This document shows positions 27,898 to 36,637 of a stretch of 55,712 bases of DNA, piece after piece; the stretch's first letter is position 1, and each line of letters starts with the position of its first letter. Made by a program: the position numbers and the translations under genes. The notes beneath the pieces were generated by a model. The model did not search any database and was not told where the DNA came from. It worked only from the letters and a program-made list of their open reading frames with translations. The stretch comes from an uncultured Candidatus Saccharibacteria bacterium (GTDB taxonomy: Bacteria; Patescibacteriota; Minisyncoccia; Phycocordibacterales; UBA5272), in assembly GCA_964420875.1 (NCBI GenBank), contig CAYQUK010000002.1:1-55712 (forward strand), read 5' to 3'.

Positions 27898-29694
27898 ATG
27901 GGAATATTAGATTTTATACTAGGTAAAAAAGAGGAGGCTGTGGCAACGACTACAGCAGCAATACCCACAGGACCAAGCCTCCAAGACATCATTGCACCGT
28001 CTGCTTTAAGGGTGGAGTCAAAGGAGTTCCTCCTTGGTGATGTGCATGGGCGTGTGTATTTTGTAATGTCTTACCCCAGATATCTGAACGATAACTGGTT
28101 GTCTCCATTAATCAATCTAGATAAAGTGTTTGACGTTGGTATACACATCAGCCCTGTTGATACGGCTGATGTGATGAAAAAGTTCCAACGCAAAGTAGCC
28201 GAAGTACAAAGCCAAATAATGATAAAGGAGGAGAAGGGTATGGTGCGCGACCCGATGCTAGAGACAGCATATGAGGACCTCGAGAGTCTTCGTGATGACC
28301 TGATGCAGGCCCAGGAAAAGATGTTTGAGGTTGGGGTATATATCACAGTCTATGCCAGAGATGACAAGGATCTCGATCGTGTAGAAAAGGAGATCAAGGG
28401 TATACTGGAGAGCAAATTAATCAATATTCGTCCGGCGTATTTCCAACAAGATCAAGGAATAGTCACAACTATACCGTTAGGAAAGGATGAGTTAAAACAA
28501 CTAACAAAACTCAACACTTCACCGTTATCATCAATATTCCCATTTGTGTCTTTTGATTTGACTAGCGATAGGGGGATATTGTATGGAATAAACAGACACA
28601 ATGGGTCGTTGTTGCTGTTTGATAGGTTCTCAATGGAAAACTATAACTCCATAATCTTTGCAAAGTCTGGTGCCGGCAAATCCTTTACAACAAAATTGGA
28701 AATTCTCCGCACTCTCATGTTTGACACCCAGGTCATTATTATTGACCCTGAGCGCGAATATGAGACATTGACTGACGCAGTAGGTGGTAGATATTTTAAT
28801 ATATCACTCAGTAGTGATAACCACATCAATCCATTTGATCTATCTGCTCCGAGTGAGGACGAGAGTATGAGTGAGGTGCTACGCAGCAACATAGTGACTC
28901 TGGTTGGATTGTTTCGTGTAATGTTAGGAGGTCTCACGCCAGAGGAGGACGCCATCATTGACAGGGCCATCACTGAGACATACGCATTAAAAGACATTAC
29001 GCCAGATAGTGATTTTACAAAAATAGACCCACCTCTATTGTCTGATTTTGAAATGGTGTTGGGTGGTCTAGAGGGTAGCGAGAGTTTACAAGAGAGACTA
29101 CAAAAATATACAAAGGGGTCTTGGGCTGGGTTCCTCAATAACCCAACAAATGTAAACATAGATCAAAAATGTGTTTCGTTTTCAATACGAGATATGGAGG
29201 ACGAGCTCAAACCTGTGGCCATGTTCCTTATTACTCACTATATATGGAATAGTGTCAGAAAAGAATTGCGCAAGAGGTTGTTAGTTGTGGACGAGGCGTG
29301 GATCATGATGAAAACAGAGGACACCGCCAGCTTCCTATATGGCCTCGCAAAACGTGGTCGTAAATACTATTTAGGTCTCGCAACCATAACCCAGGATGTT
29401 AATGACTTTTTGAAAAGTGAATATGGTATTCCAATTATCACCAACTCTTCACTTCAGCTGCTATTGAAACAGTCTCCAACGTCTATAGATCTGGTGCAGA
29501 AAACTTTTAATCTGACAGATGAAGAGAAATTCCTCTTGCTTGAAAGTAATGTAGGTGAGGGCATATTCTTTGCAGGCCTGAAACATGTTGCTGTAAAGAT
29601 AATTGCCAGCCATACCGAGGAGCAGATAGTAACCAGTGACCCTTCAGAGATACTCCGTGTGCGAGAATTAAAACAAGGTATTAATAATTTATAG
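27898..29694 (+). CDS. VirB4/TraC-family type IV secretion ATPase
   Basis: Walker A AKSGAGKSFTTK, Walker B LLVVDEAW, and ATITQD (sensor-like), with a VirB4-type N-terminal domain. Confidence 0.85.
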   Translation: MGILDFILGKKEEAVATTTAAIPTGPSLQDIIAPSALRVESKEFLLGDVHGRVYFVMSYPRYLNDNWLSPLINLDKVFDVGIHISPVDTADVMKKFQRKVAEVQSQIMIKEEKGMVRDPMLETAYEDLESLRDDLMQAQEKMFEVGVYITVYARDDKDLDRVEKEIKGILESKLINIRPAYFQQDQGIVTTIPLGKDELKQLTKLNTSPLSSIFPFVSFDLTSDRGILYGINRHNGSLLLFDRFSMENYNSIIFAKSGAGKSFTTKLEILRTLMFDTQVIIIDPEREYETLTDAVGGRYFNISLSSDNHINPFDLSAPSEDESMSEVLRSNIVTLVGLFRVMLGGLTPEEDAIIDRAITETYALKDITPDSDFTKIDPPLLSDFEMVLGGLEGSESLQERLQKYTKGSWAGFLNNPTNVNIDQKCVSFSIRDMEDELKPVAMFLITHYIWNSVRKELRKRLLVVDEAWIMMKTEDTASFLYGLAKRGRKYYLGLATITQDVNDFLKSEYGIPIITNSSLQLLLKQSPTSIDLVQKTFNLTDEEKFLLLESNVGEGIFFAGLKHVAVKIIASHTEEQIVTSDPSEILRVRELKQGINNL

Positions 29695-29695
29695 T

Positions 29696-30667
29696 ATGAG
29701 ATATTTTATATTTATAATTTCACTCACTTTCGGCATGCAGATATCGTTAGCCCAAAACTTGCTACCGACACCGATAACAATAAGCACTATACCAGACACA
29801 CCAAAACCGGGTGAAGTCTTTATAATAAAAGCCAATAGCTTGTCAGTAGATCTTGGAAAATCAGACATATCTTGGAGTATAAATGGTAACGGTGTCGGTA
29901 GAGCTTTTGGCCAAAAAGAAATCAAAACAAGTATGCCATATGGCAACCAAGTTATATTAATAGAAGTAAATATAAAGTCCGTTAGCGGCGAAACTTTTTA
30001 CGCAAAAAAAACCATTAGTCCGAAAAGATTGATACTTATAACTGAGGCGGCTGACAGCTATGTTCCTTATTGGTATGCCGGTAAGGCGGAGGTGGCAAGG
30101 GGTGGTTACGCCAAGATATACGCCTACACGGAGATATACTCTGGCAACAAAAGACTGAAGCCGTCAGAAATGGTGTACAGCTGGTCTGTGCGTGATGAGC
30201 CGATCTTAGAGCAATCTGGTGTTGGTAGGGACACATTAACATATCGCATGCTGGACGAATATGGTGACAATGTCCCTGTGTCTGTATCTGTATCTCCCAT
30301 TGAAAACAGTGAAGAGGTAATAGAAAATACAACAATAAGGACTTTTAATCCAGAGATAATCATGTTTCTCGGTGATGAGTCTGGTGAGGCAGTGTCACGC
30401 GCAGCAATAGTAGGACAAAAAAACATATCCTCAAAAGCTTTTTCTATAATATCCGAGCCTTTTTTCTTTTCTACAGACTACACCAAAAACAAAAACCTAG
30501 TATATATATGGGAAGTAAATGACCTAGCCCAAACAGATAACTCAAATAGTGTTAGGTTTTTCAAATTACCCGAGGGCACCTCTGGCAACGTTACAATAAC
30601 CTCAAAAATAGAGCATGTGAATAGAATATTCCAAACAGCGAGCAGTAGAATACGTCTCAGTTTCTAA
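29696..30667 (+). CDS. Secreted hypothetical protein in the T4SS-like locus
   Basis: Signal peptide MRYFIFIISLTFGMQISLAQ. Beta-rich sequence. Starts 2 nt after the virB4 stop. Confidence 0.55.
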   Translation: MRYFIFIISLTFGMQISLAQNLLPTPITISTIPDTPKPGEVFIIKANSLSVDLGKSDISWSINGNGVGRAFGQKEIKTSMPYGNQVILIEVNIKSVSGETFYAKKTISPKRLILITEAADSYVPYWYAGKAEVARGGYAKIYAYTEIYSGNKRLKPSEMVYSWSVRDEPILEQSGVGRDTLTYRMLDEYGDNVPVSVSVSPIENSEEVIENTTIRTFNPEIIMFLGDESGEAVSRAAIVGQKNISSKAFSIISEPFFFSTDYTKNKNLVYIWEVNDLAQTDNSNSVRFFKLPEGTSGNVTITSKIEHVNRIFQTASSRIRLSF

Positions 30668-30691
30668 AATTTTTCATGATACACTGTTTTT

Positions 30692-31534
30692 ATGCAAGGT
30701 GAGCCAGTAAAATACATACTATTAGAACCCATAACAGGGAAAGCTGGTACACAGTCTGTAATTATTGGCCCTGATGGGCTGTCTAACTATCTAAATAGTA
30801 CTTACAGCTTTGTGTTGATTTTAATAGCTATCACAGCGGTTTTTTACCTCATATACGGTGGTATGGTGTATCTCACCACAGACATAGCCAACAAACAAAA
30901 ACAAGGTAAAGAGATAATTGTCCGCGTGATCACCGGGTTAGTGTTTGTTTTTAGTGTGTGGGTAATACTAAACTCAATCAATCCAAATATATTAAAAAAT
31001 AACCTAACTCTAGGTGTGGTAAATGTGGTTACAGGCACACCCTCTGACACGGGGGACGATGAGTCTCCTACTGATCCCACAACACCACCAAACACCGCCG
31101 GGGAACAATGTAATGAAATACCTTCTTCTGAGCTGGCTTCTGTTCAGGGCAGACAACTTAAAAAAGATGCTGCTGCAAACTTTAATCTTATGTATGCTGA
31201 GGCACAGAAGGCCGGCATAACATTAACCCTAACTTCTGCATATCGCAGCCCGTCTGCCCAGACAGCACTATGGAATCAATATGGATGTAAACTCGTAAAC
31301 GGCAAAGCTAGCTGCCCTAATAACAAAAGTGTTGCAGTGCCGTGCTCTCTTGGTGGTAGTGGGTCGAATCACTCTACTGGTTATGCTATAGACATAGCAA
31401 TACCTGGGTGTTCAAACGGTAACAGTGTTTGCAACCACCCAATAAGAACTTGGATGCTTAACAATGGTGGTAAATATGGTTTTAACAGCGCACTGCCAAA
31501 AGATCCCATACATTGGTCACCGAGTGGAAGATAA
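30692..31534 (+). CDS. Fusion of CPR-type T4SS pilin-like domain and VanY/M15B D-Ala-D-Ala carboxypeptidase domain
   Basis: N-terminal LLEPITG.., two TM helices, and SVWVILNSINPNIL typical of the T4SS pilin family of Patescibacteria. A Pro/Thr linker follows. C-terminal LTSAYRSPSAQ and HSTGYAIDI motifs are of the VanY/peptidase M15 type. Confidence 0.7.
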   Translation: MQGEPVKYILLEPITGKAGTQSVIIGPDGLSNYLNSTYSFVLILIAITAVFYLIYGGMVYLTTDIANKQKQGKEIIVRVITGLVFVFSVWVILNSINPNILKNNLTLGVVNVVTGTPSDTGDDESPTDPTTPPNTAGEQCNEIPSSELASVQGRQLKKDAAANFNLMYAEAQKAGITLTLTSAYRSPSAQTALWNQYGCKLVNGKASCPNNKSVAVPCSLGGSGSNHSTGYAIDIAIPGCSNGNSVCNHPIRTWMLNNGGKYGFNSALPKDPIHWSPSGR

Positions 31535-31538
31535 ATAT

Positions 31539-32624
31539 ATGCAAGAAAATAATAATAATACAAAGAAAATAATTATAATAAGTGTGGTGGCGGTGATTCT
31601 GCTGTCTGTTTTTGCTTATGTACTGCTTTCAAAAGGCTCCGCTCCGGCAACAAATAACACAAACAACACAACGCAAAACAATCCAGTTTTCCCAGATTTT
31701 AGCTTTGCAAATATTTTCGGTGGGGTGGGGGAAGAAACATCCAACAACACAGAAATAAACACTACCAACCTTACCGCTAGCAACGTTTTTAAGGTCTGGG
31801 AGGGTGAGACACTAGGCGCCTCAACACTTGATGATGCCAGTGTTATATTTATAGACAAAAAAACGGGGGAGATTAGGGTGTCGGCTTATCCATACACATC
31901 ATCATCTGTGGTGGACACTATTTCAGGTGGATGTTTTGACGCAAAAATATCATCTACTGGTAAAAAGGCTTTGATATCATGCCCAGATGGTTTGTATATT
32001 TGGGGTGACTCTAGATTTACATTCATAGATCAGACAGCTTTTGATTTTGATTTTATTGGTGGGGGGAATGATTATGTTTACTTGTCTGCCAACACCAACG
32101 GTTTTGTTCTTGTACAAAACAAGGCTGGCAAAACATCAATACTCGGAGGTCTCTCTTTGCGCGATGTGACAATATTAAAATCAGACGAAGGGTATGTTTA
32201 TATAACAGAGAAACCAAACGGCAGATCAGAAAAATTGTTTGTTTATTCTTTTAAAAATAAAGATTTTTATTTTGTTGGCGACTTGGCAACACAAAACATA
32301 TCTCCGTTTCAGAGGAATTATTCAAAGGAAAAATGTTTCACCTATGACACAGATTTTAATTTTTGTTTTGGTATAGATTTAGAAAATTTTAATTTTACAA
32401 ACTGGAGAAAGGGGTTAATCTCTTCTGTTGATCAGGCTTTTGCTTACTCGTTCACAGATGCAGAGTATGTTGGTGTGGGTCTGTTGTCGCAAAACATAGA
32501 CACATTAAAGACTGGGTACAATGCAACCAGTGGTGATGCATACTTGATAGACAAAAATACTTCTGATTTGTTTGTTGTAAACATGGCTCAGTTTGTAGAA
32601 GCAACAGGGGATCACGACCACTAG
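31539..32624 (+). CDS. Membrane-anchored hypothetical protein, last gene of the T4SS-like locus
   Basis: ATG at 31539. N-terminal TM (IIIISVVAVILLSVFAYVLL), an Asn/Thr-rich linker, then a beta-rich exterior domain. Confidence 0.55.
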   Translation: MQENNNNTKKIIIISVVAVILLSVFAYVLLSKGSAPATNNTNNTTQNNPVFPDFSFANIFGGVGEETSNNTEINTTNLTASNVFKVWEGETLGASTLDDASVIFIDKKTGEIRVSAYPYTSSSVVDTISGGCFDAKISSTGKKALISCPDGLYIWGDSRFTFIDQTAFDFDFIGGGNDYVYLSANTNGFVLVQNKAGKTSILGGLSLRDVTILKSDEGYVYITEKPNGRSEKLFVYSFKNKDFYFVGDLATQNISPFQRNYSKEKCFTYDTDFNFCFGIDLENFNFTNWRKGLISSVDQAFAYSFTDAEYVGVGLLSQNIDTLKTGYNATSGDAYLIDKNTSDLFVVNMAQFVEATGDHDH

Positions 32625-32627
32625 GAA

Positions 32628-33299
32628 TTACTTTGCAAAGTGTTTATCTATTATCTTTTTTATAGCCAAGGTTTGGAATATACCAAAAACATTTGAAGTT
32701 ATAATATATAGGACGAGTCCAGCGGGTAGGAAAATAGATGTCATAAGTATCAAAACCGGCATAAAATACTTCATTTGTATTGACATCATTTTTGCAAAGT
32801 CTTTTTGGAATCCATCTTTTGCATCCTGGGCAGGGGCCATGTCTTTTGTGCTGAAATGCATCAGAACATACATGCTCGCAAAGGCTAATAACGCTAGAAA
32901 AACGCTTGGTTTTGCTATCTCTAAACCAAACATTGTTACTGTGTCTGTTATTATTTTTAATTCTTTTACAAGTATCTGGTATAGACCGATAAATATAGGG
33001 AGTTGTATGAAAAGCCCCAACACTCCAGCAAAAGGCTTAATATTGTTCTCTTTGTACAGTTTTGATAACTCTGCCCCTAGGATTTGTGGCGCCCCTTTAT
33101 GTTTTTCTCTTAATTTATCCACCTGTCCTTGTACCAACTTCATTCCTTTTGAGGTCTTTGCAGCTGAGATGTTTAGGGGAAATAGTAAAACCTTAACAAA
33201 AACAGTAAAGGCAACAATAGCTAAACCAATATCCCCTGTGCTAATAAAGAAAAAATGTAGCAGGGTAGATAAGGGAGTTATGATTATAGTATTCCACAT
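32628..33299 (-). CDS. yidC: Membrane protein insertase YidC (short, monoderm type)
   Basis: 223-aa polytopic protein in the conserved rpmH-rnpA-yidC order. It has the amphipathic KLREKHKG..LSKLYKENNIKPF loop typical of YidC/Oxa1. Confidence 0.85.
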   Translation of the reverse strand: MWNTIIITPLSTLLHFFFISTGDIGLAIVAFTVFVKVLLFPLNISAAKTSKGMKLVQGQVDKLREKHKGAPQILGAELSKLYKENNIKPFAGVLGLFIQLPIFIGLYQILVKELKIITDTVTMFGLEIAKPSVFLALLAFASMYVLMHFSTKDMAPAQDAKDGFQKDFAKMMSIQMKYFMPVLILMTSIFLPAGLVLYIITSNVFGIFQTLAIKKIIDKHFAK

Positions 33300-33535
33300 A
33301 GGTTTTCTTTGATTGTTTTATAGCTTGGTATTGTTTCCAGGGGTTTTTTTATATATAGGGTTGTGTTTTTGCTTGTTTTGTTTGTGTTTTCTTTTACCAA
33401 CTCAGAATAAGCATAACACGCTCTACGTTTTAAAAGGTTGCGTTTTGTGGCTTTTTTAATATATTTCTTTGAAATAACTACAGTTAAGGGCTTTTTTGCC
33501 TCTTTTGTGTTTTTTATATTAAAAATATCAAGCAT
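33284..33535 (-). CDS. rnpA: Ribonuclease P protein component (short)
   Basis: Basic 83-aa ORF directly downstream of rpmH and overlapping the yidC start. Contains an RNLLKRR-type motif. The call rests mainly on synteny. Confidence 0.6.
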   Translation of the reverse strand: MLDIFNIKNTKEAKKPLTVVISKKYIKKATKRNLLKRRACYAYSELVKENTNKTSKNTTLYIKKPLETIPSYKTIKENLCGIL

Positions 33536-33540
33536 GAATA

Positions 33541-33678
33541 TTAATCAGCAGATAGTTTCTTGCGTCCTTTTTGTCTTCTTGCTGCAACCACCTTTTTACC
33601 TGTTGCTGAGGCCATTCTAACCAGGAATCCGTGTGTTGTGTATCTCTTTTTGTTTTTTGGTTGATATGTAACTGACAT
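33541..33678 (-). CDS. rpmH: 50S ribosomal protein L34
   Basis: Not in the ORF track (45 aa). My translation of the minus strand is [45 protein letters not shown], the canonical L34 pattern. Confidence 0.9.
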   Translation of the reverse strand: MSVTYQPKNKKRYTTHGFLVRMASATGKKVVAARRQKGRKKLSAD

Positions 33679-33756
33679 GAGGCTATTCTATAATAATTTT
33701 AAGCCTTTGACAAGGTACACATATTTCTAAATAAAGCGTATACTCTATTTCAACAT

Positions 33757-35094
33757 ATGGACTACGAACAGCTTTGGAATACCGTTTTGTCTCAAATAGG
33801 GTTAGAAGTCTCTAGGGTTAATTTTAATACTTGGTTTAAAAACTCCAGAATGGTTGATTATAAAGATGGGGATGTGACTGTGGGGGTGCCAAATCAGTTT
33901 ATAAAAGACTGGTTGGAGCAGAAATATCAAAAAGATTTACTAAGAATACTCCGTTCTGTTCATGAAGGAGTAAGATCACTATCTTTTTCTGTTGTTAGAT
34001 TTGATACACCACCAAAAAAGACACAATTAATACAAACAAGTAACGGAGCTCTACCTCTAGACAACCTATACATCAACAGAGAGGATGGTTTAAATCCAAA
34101 ATACACATTTGATAGTTATATTGTCGGACCATTTAACGAAGTTGCTCATGTTTCTGCTCAAGCGATAATACAAAACCCAGGGCTTTCTTATAACCCTTTC
34201 TTTGTTTATGGGAATACAGGCCTCGGAAAGACTCATTTGTTGCAAGCTGTTGGAAACGCGATAAAAAAGAAATACCCTGAGAAAAAAGTTTTTTATATAT
34301 CTCTTGAAAGATTTTATATGGAAATGGTAAATGCAATACAACAAAGCCGCGTCCCTCATTTTAAAGAAAAATATAGGAAATTTGATGTTTTTATAATGGA
34401 TGATATACAATTCATAACAGGTAAAGACAAGACTCAAGATGAGTTGTTCCATCTTTTTAATATAATGTATGAAACAAATAGACAAATTATCTTTTCTTCT
34501 GATGTTCACCCGAATTTTATAATAGGGTTAGAGGAGAGGCTTCAATCTAGGTTCAATCAGGGTATGGTGGTTGATGTTGAATCTCCAACTTTTGAGTCTC
34601 GTCTTGCGATACTGCGCAAAAAAACAAAAGATCACGGAGATAAGTTGTCCGATGAGGTTCTGGAGTATATAGCTGAGACGGTGCATGGTAATATACGAGA
34701 ACTTGAGGGTATTTTAACCAACTTAATAACTCAATCTGAGATTAAAAAGATAGTGTTATCTCTTTCTGATGTTAAAAGTTATCTTAAAAACAACATAAAA
34801 GCAAAGAAATCAGTATCTATTCCTGAGATAGTTAAAACTGTTGCTGATTATTATCATGTTAACGATGCTTTGATTTATAACAAAACTAGAAGAAAAGATA
34901 TTATCAAACCGAGACAGATAATAATGTATATCCTCCGTGAGGAGTATGATATATCTTATCCTGTTATTGGGGATAAGCTTGGGGGTAGAGATCACACTAC
35001 AGTTATTCATTCTTATGAGAAGATAAAAAAAGAGCTTGCAAAAGACCCTCATTTGGTAAAAGAGATTGACGATATACGTTCTATTATTGTTTAA
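33757..35094 (+). CDS. dnaA: Chromosomal replication initiator DnaA
   Basis: Walker A GNTGLGKTHL, Walker B FIMDDIQF, sensor and box VII motifs, and the C-terminal DNA-binding signature GGRDHTTVIHSYEKI. Confidence 0.95.
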   Translation: MDYEQLWNTVLSQIGLEVSRVNFNTWFKNSRMVDYKDGDVTVGVPNQFIKDWLEQKYQKDLLRILRSVHEGVRSLSFSVVRFDTPPKKTQLIQTSNGALPLDNLYINREDGLNPKYTFDSYIVGPFNEVAHVSAQAIIQNPGLSYNPFFVYGNTGLGKTHLLQAVGNAIKKKYPEKKVFYISLERFYMEMVNAIQQSRVPHFKEKYRKFDVFIMDDIQFITGKDKTQDELFHLFNIMYETNRQIIFSSDVHPNFIIGLEERLQSRFNQGMVVDVESPTFESRLAILRKKTKDHGDKLSDEVLEYIAETVHGNIRELEGILTNLITQSEIKKIVLSLSDVKSYLKNNIKAKKSVSIPEIVKTVADYYHVNDALIYNKTRRKDIIKPRQIIMYILREEYDISYPVIGDKLGGRDHTTVIHSYEKIKKELAKDPHLVKEIDDIRSIIV

Positions 35095-35312
35095 TAAAAT
35101 CTGTGTATAAACTGTTTATAAAAAGTTAAAACTTTACAAGTTTATATTTTGTGTTTTTATTAACTTTTGTTTTACTTGTTTTTTAATGTTTTAGTTTTAC
35201 TGATAATTTAAAAAAGTCTTTTGTTGTTAGGTTTTTTAGTTATACACCTAAAACACAGATATATATTTAGATAGGGTTTTCTTTTTTAATAATAAACATC
35301 TATAATATAGAT
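35095..35312. other. Probable oriC (dnaA-dnaN intergenic region)
   Basis: 218-bp very AT-rich gap. DnaA-box matches: TGTGTATAA (35102-35110, fits TGTGNATAA), TGTTTATAA (35113-35121, one mismatch) and TTATACACC (35240-35248, one mismatch). AT-only tracts could serve as a DUE. Confidence 0.55.
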
Positions 35313-36416
35313 ATGAAATTCACATGTCAGGCATCAGAAATAAAAGAAAAGATACAAACATTAGCTAGGGTGTCACAAAAGACAGGACTAGACCCTATAT
35401 TTGAATGTGTTTATATAGAGAACGAAGACCACAACTTAACCTTACGCTCAGCTAATACAGAAATAGTAGCAGAACAAAACATACCAATAAAAGGAGAAAT
35501 AAACGGTTCATGTCTTGTAAATGCTTCATTATTATCAAAAGTGTTATCAAATATAGCAAAAAGTTCTGATGTTATAACTTTTGAAAAAGTAGAAAATGTT
35601 CTACGTATACAAAATAATAAAAATCACACAGATATAGATCTTTATAATGAGTCTATGTTTCCAAAGATTCAAAATGGCGGAGAAAAAATATTATCTATTC
35701 AAAAAGAAGTTTTTGTTGAGGTTGTTAGAAGTGTCGCTTTTTGTGCGGCAACAACAGAAATAAAACCAGAAATAGCTAGTGTTTATATTTATATAAAAGA
35801 CGGACAACTATACAGCGCCGCAACAGACTCATACAGACTAGCAGAAAAGCATATATTTTTTGAAGGAGACAATCAACTAAATATATTAATACCCCAGAAA
35901 AACATAGGACAAATACTTTCCATTTTAGATCAAGAGAAAGAGAGTAATTTGGATATAATTAAAAATGCAGATCAGATAATATTTGAAACAAAAAATAGTT
36001 TTATATCTACCAGGCTAACAGACGGGTCGTTCCCAGACTACAAACAACTTTTTCCAAAAGAGTTTTTATTTTCTTTCTCTGTCAGAAAGGAGGTGTTACA
36101 AAATGCTTTAGAATTGTCTTCTATTATCAACAACCAAACTCCAATATGTTCTATGGAATATAACCCAGAAAACCAAACCATATCTATATCTTCCGAAGAA
36201 AAAGGTGTAGGTCAGATGACAAAAGAAATACCTGTAAAATCAGAATATAATGAAGGTGTGAAGGTTTTTTATAACAGTAATTATTTCCTAGAAGGTCTTT
36301 CAAAAATAAATTCAGAAAACATACTATTAAAATACACAACAATTAACAGGCCTTTGTTTATTCAAAATGAAGAAGACAACACTTTTATATATCTTTTAAT
36401 GCCTATAAATAGATAA
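35313..36416 (+). CDS. dnaN: DNA polymerase III beta sliding clamp
   Basis: 367 aa immediately after dnaA and the oriC gap. Three-domain-length protein with a C-terminal YLLMPI(N)R motif typical of DnaN. Confidence 0.9.
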   Translation: MKFTCQASEIKEKIQTLARVSQKTGLDPIFECVYIENEDHNLTLRSANTEIVAEQNIPIKGEINGSCLVNASLLSKVLSNIAKSSDVITFEKVENVLRIQNNKNHTDIDLYNESMFPKIQNGGEKILSIQKEVFVEVVRSVAFCAATTEIKPEIASVYIYIKDGQLYSAATDSYRLAEKHIFFEGDNQLNILIPQKNIGQILSILDQEKESNLDIIKNADQIIFETKNSFISTRLTDGSFPDYKQLFPKEFLFSFSVRKEVLQNALELSSIINNQTPICSMEYNPENQTISISSEEKGVGQMTKEIPVKSEYNEGVKVFYNSNYFLEGLSKINSENILLKYTTINRPLFIQNEEDNTFIYLLMPINR

Positions 36417-36637
36417 TGTTTGAAAAGTATTTAAATTTAATAAAGACGCACAAGGATAATAAAAAAGAAATAAAAGATTTTTTAGAAAGTTTAGGTCTCA
36501 ATGTTGTTGGTTTTAATATAAACGGAGACACTGTTGATTTTATTATTCCTTCTTCTTTTAAACTAAGAATACACAACAAAAAACAAGACATTTTAAACTT
36601 TTTAAAATCTAAAAACCTAAAATCTAAAAACCTATAA
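36416..36637 (+). CDS. Small basic hypothetical protein after dnaN
   Basis: 73 aa. Its start overlaps the dnaN stop. The C-terminus KSKNLKSKNL is encoded by a perfect 15-bp tandem duplication. Function unknown. Confidence 0.35.
   Translation: MFEKYLNLIKTHKDNKKEIKDFLESLGLNVVGFNINGDTVDFIIPSSFKLRIHNKKQDILNFLKSKNLKSKNL
36604..36633. repeat. Perfect 15-bp tandem duplication (AAAATCTAAAAACCT x2)
   Basis: Read directly at 36604-36618 and 36619-36633. It lies in the 14-nt overlap zone of two convergent ORF ends. Confidence 0.85.
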
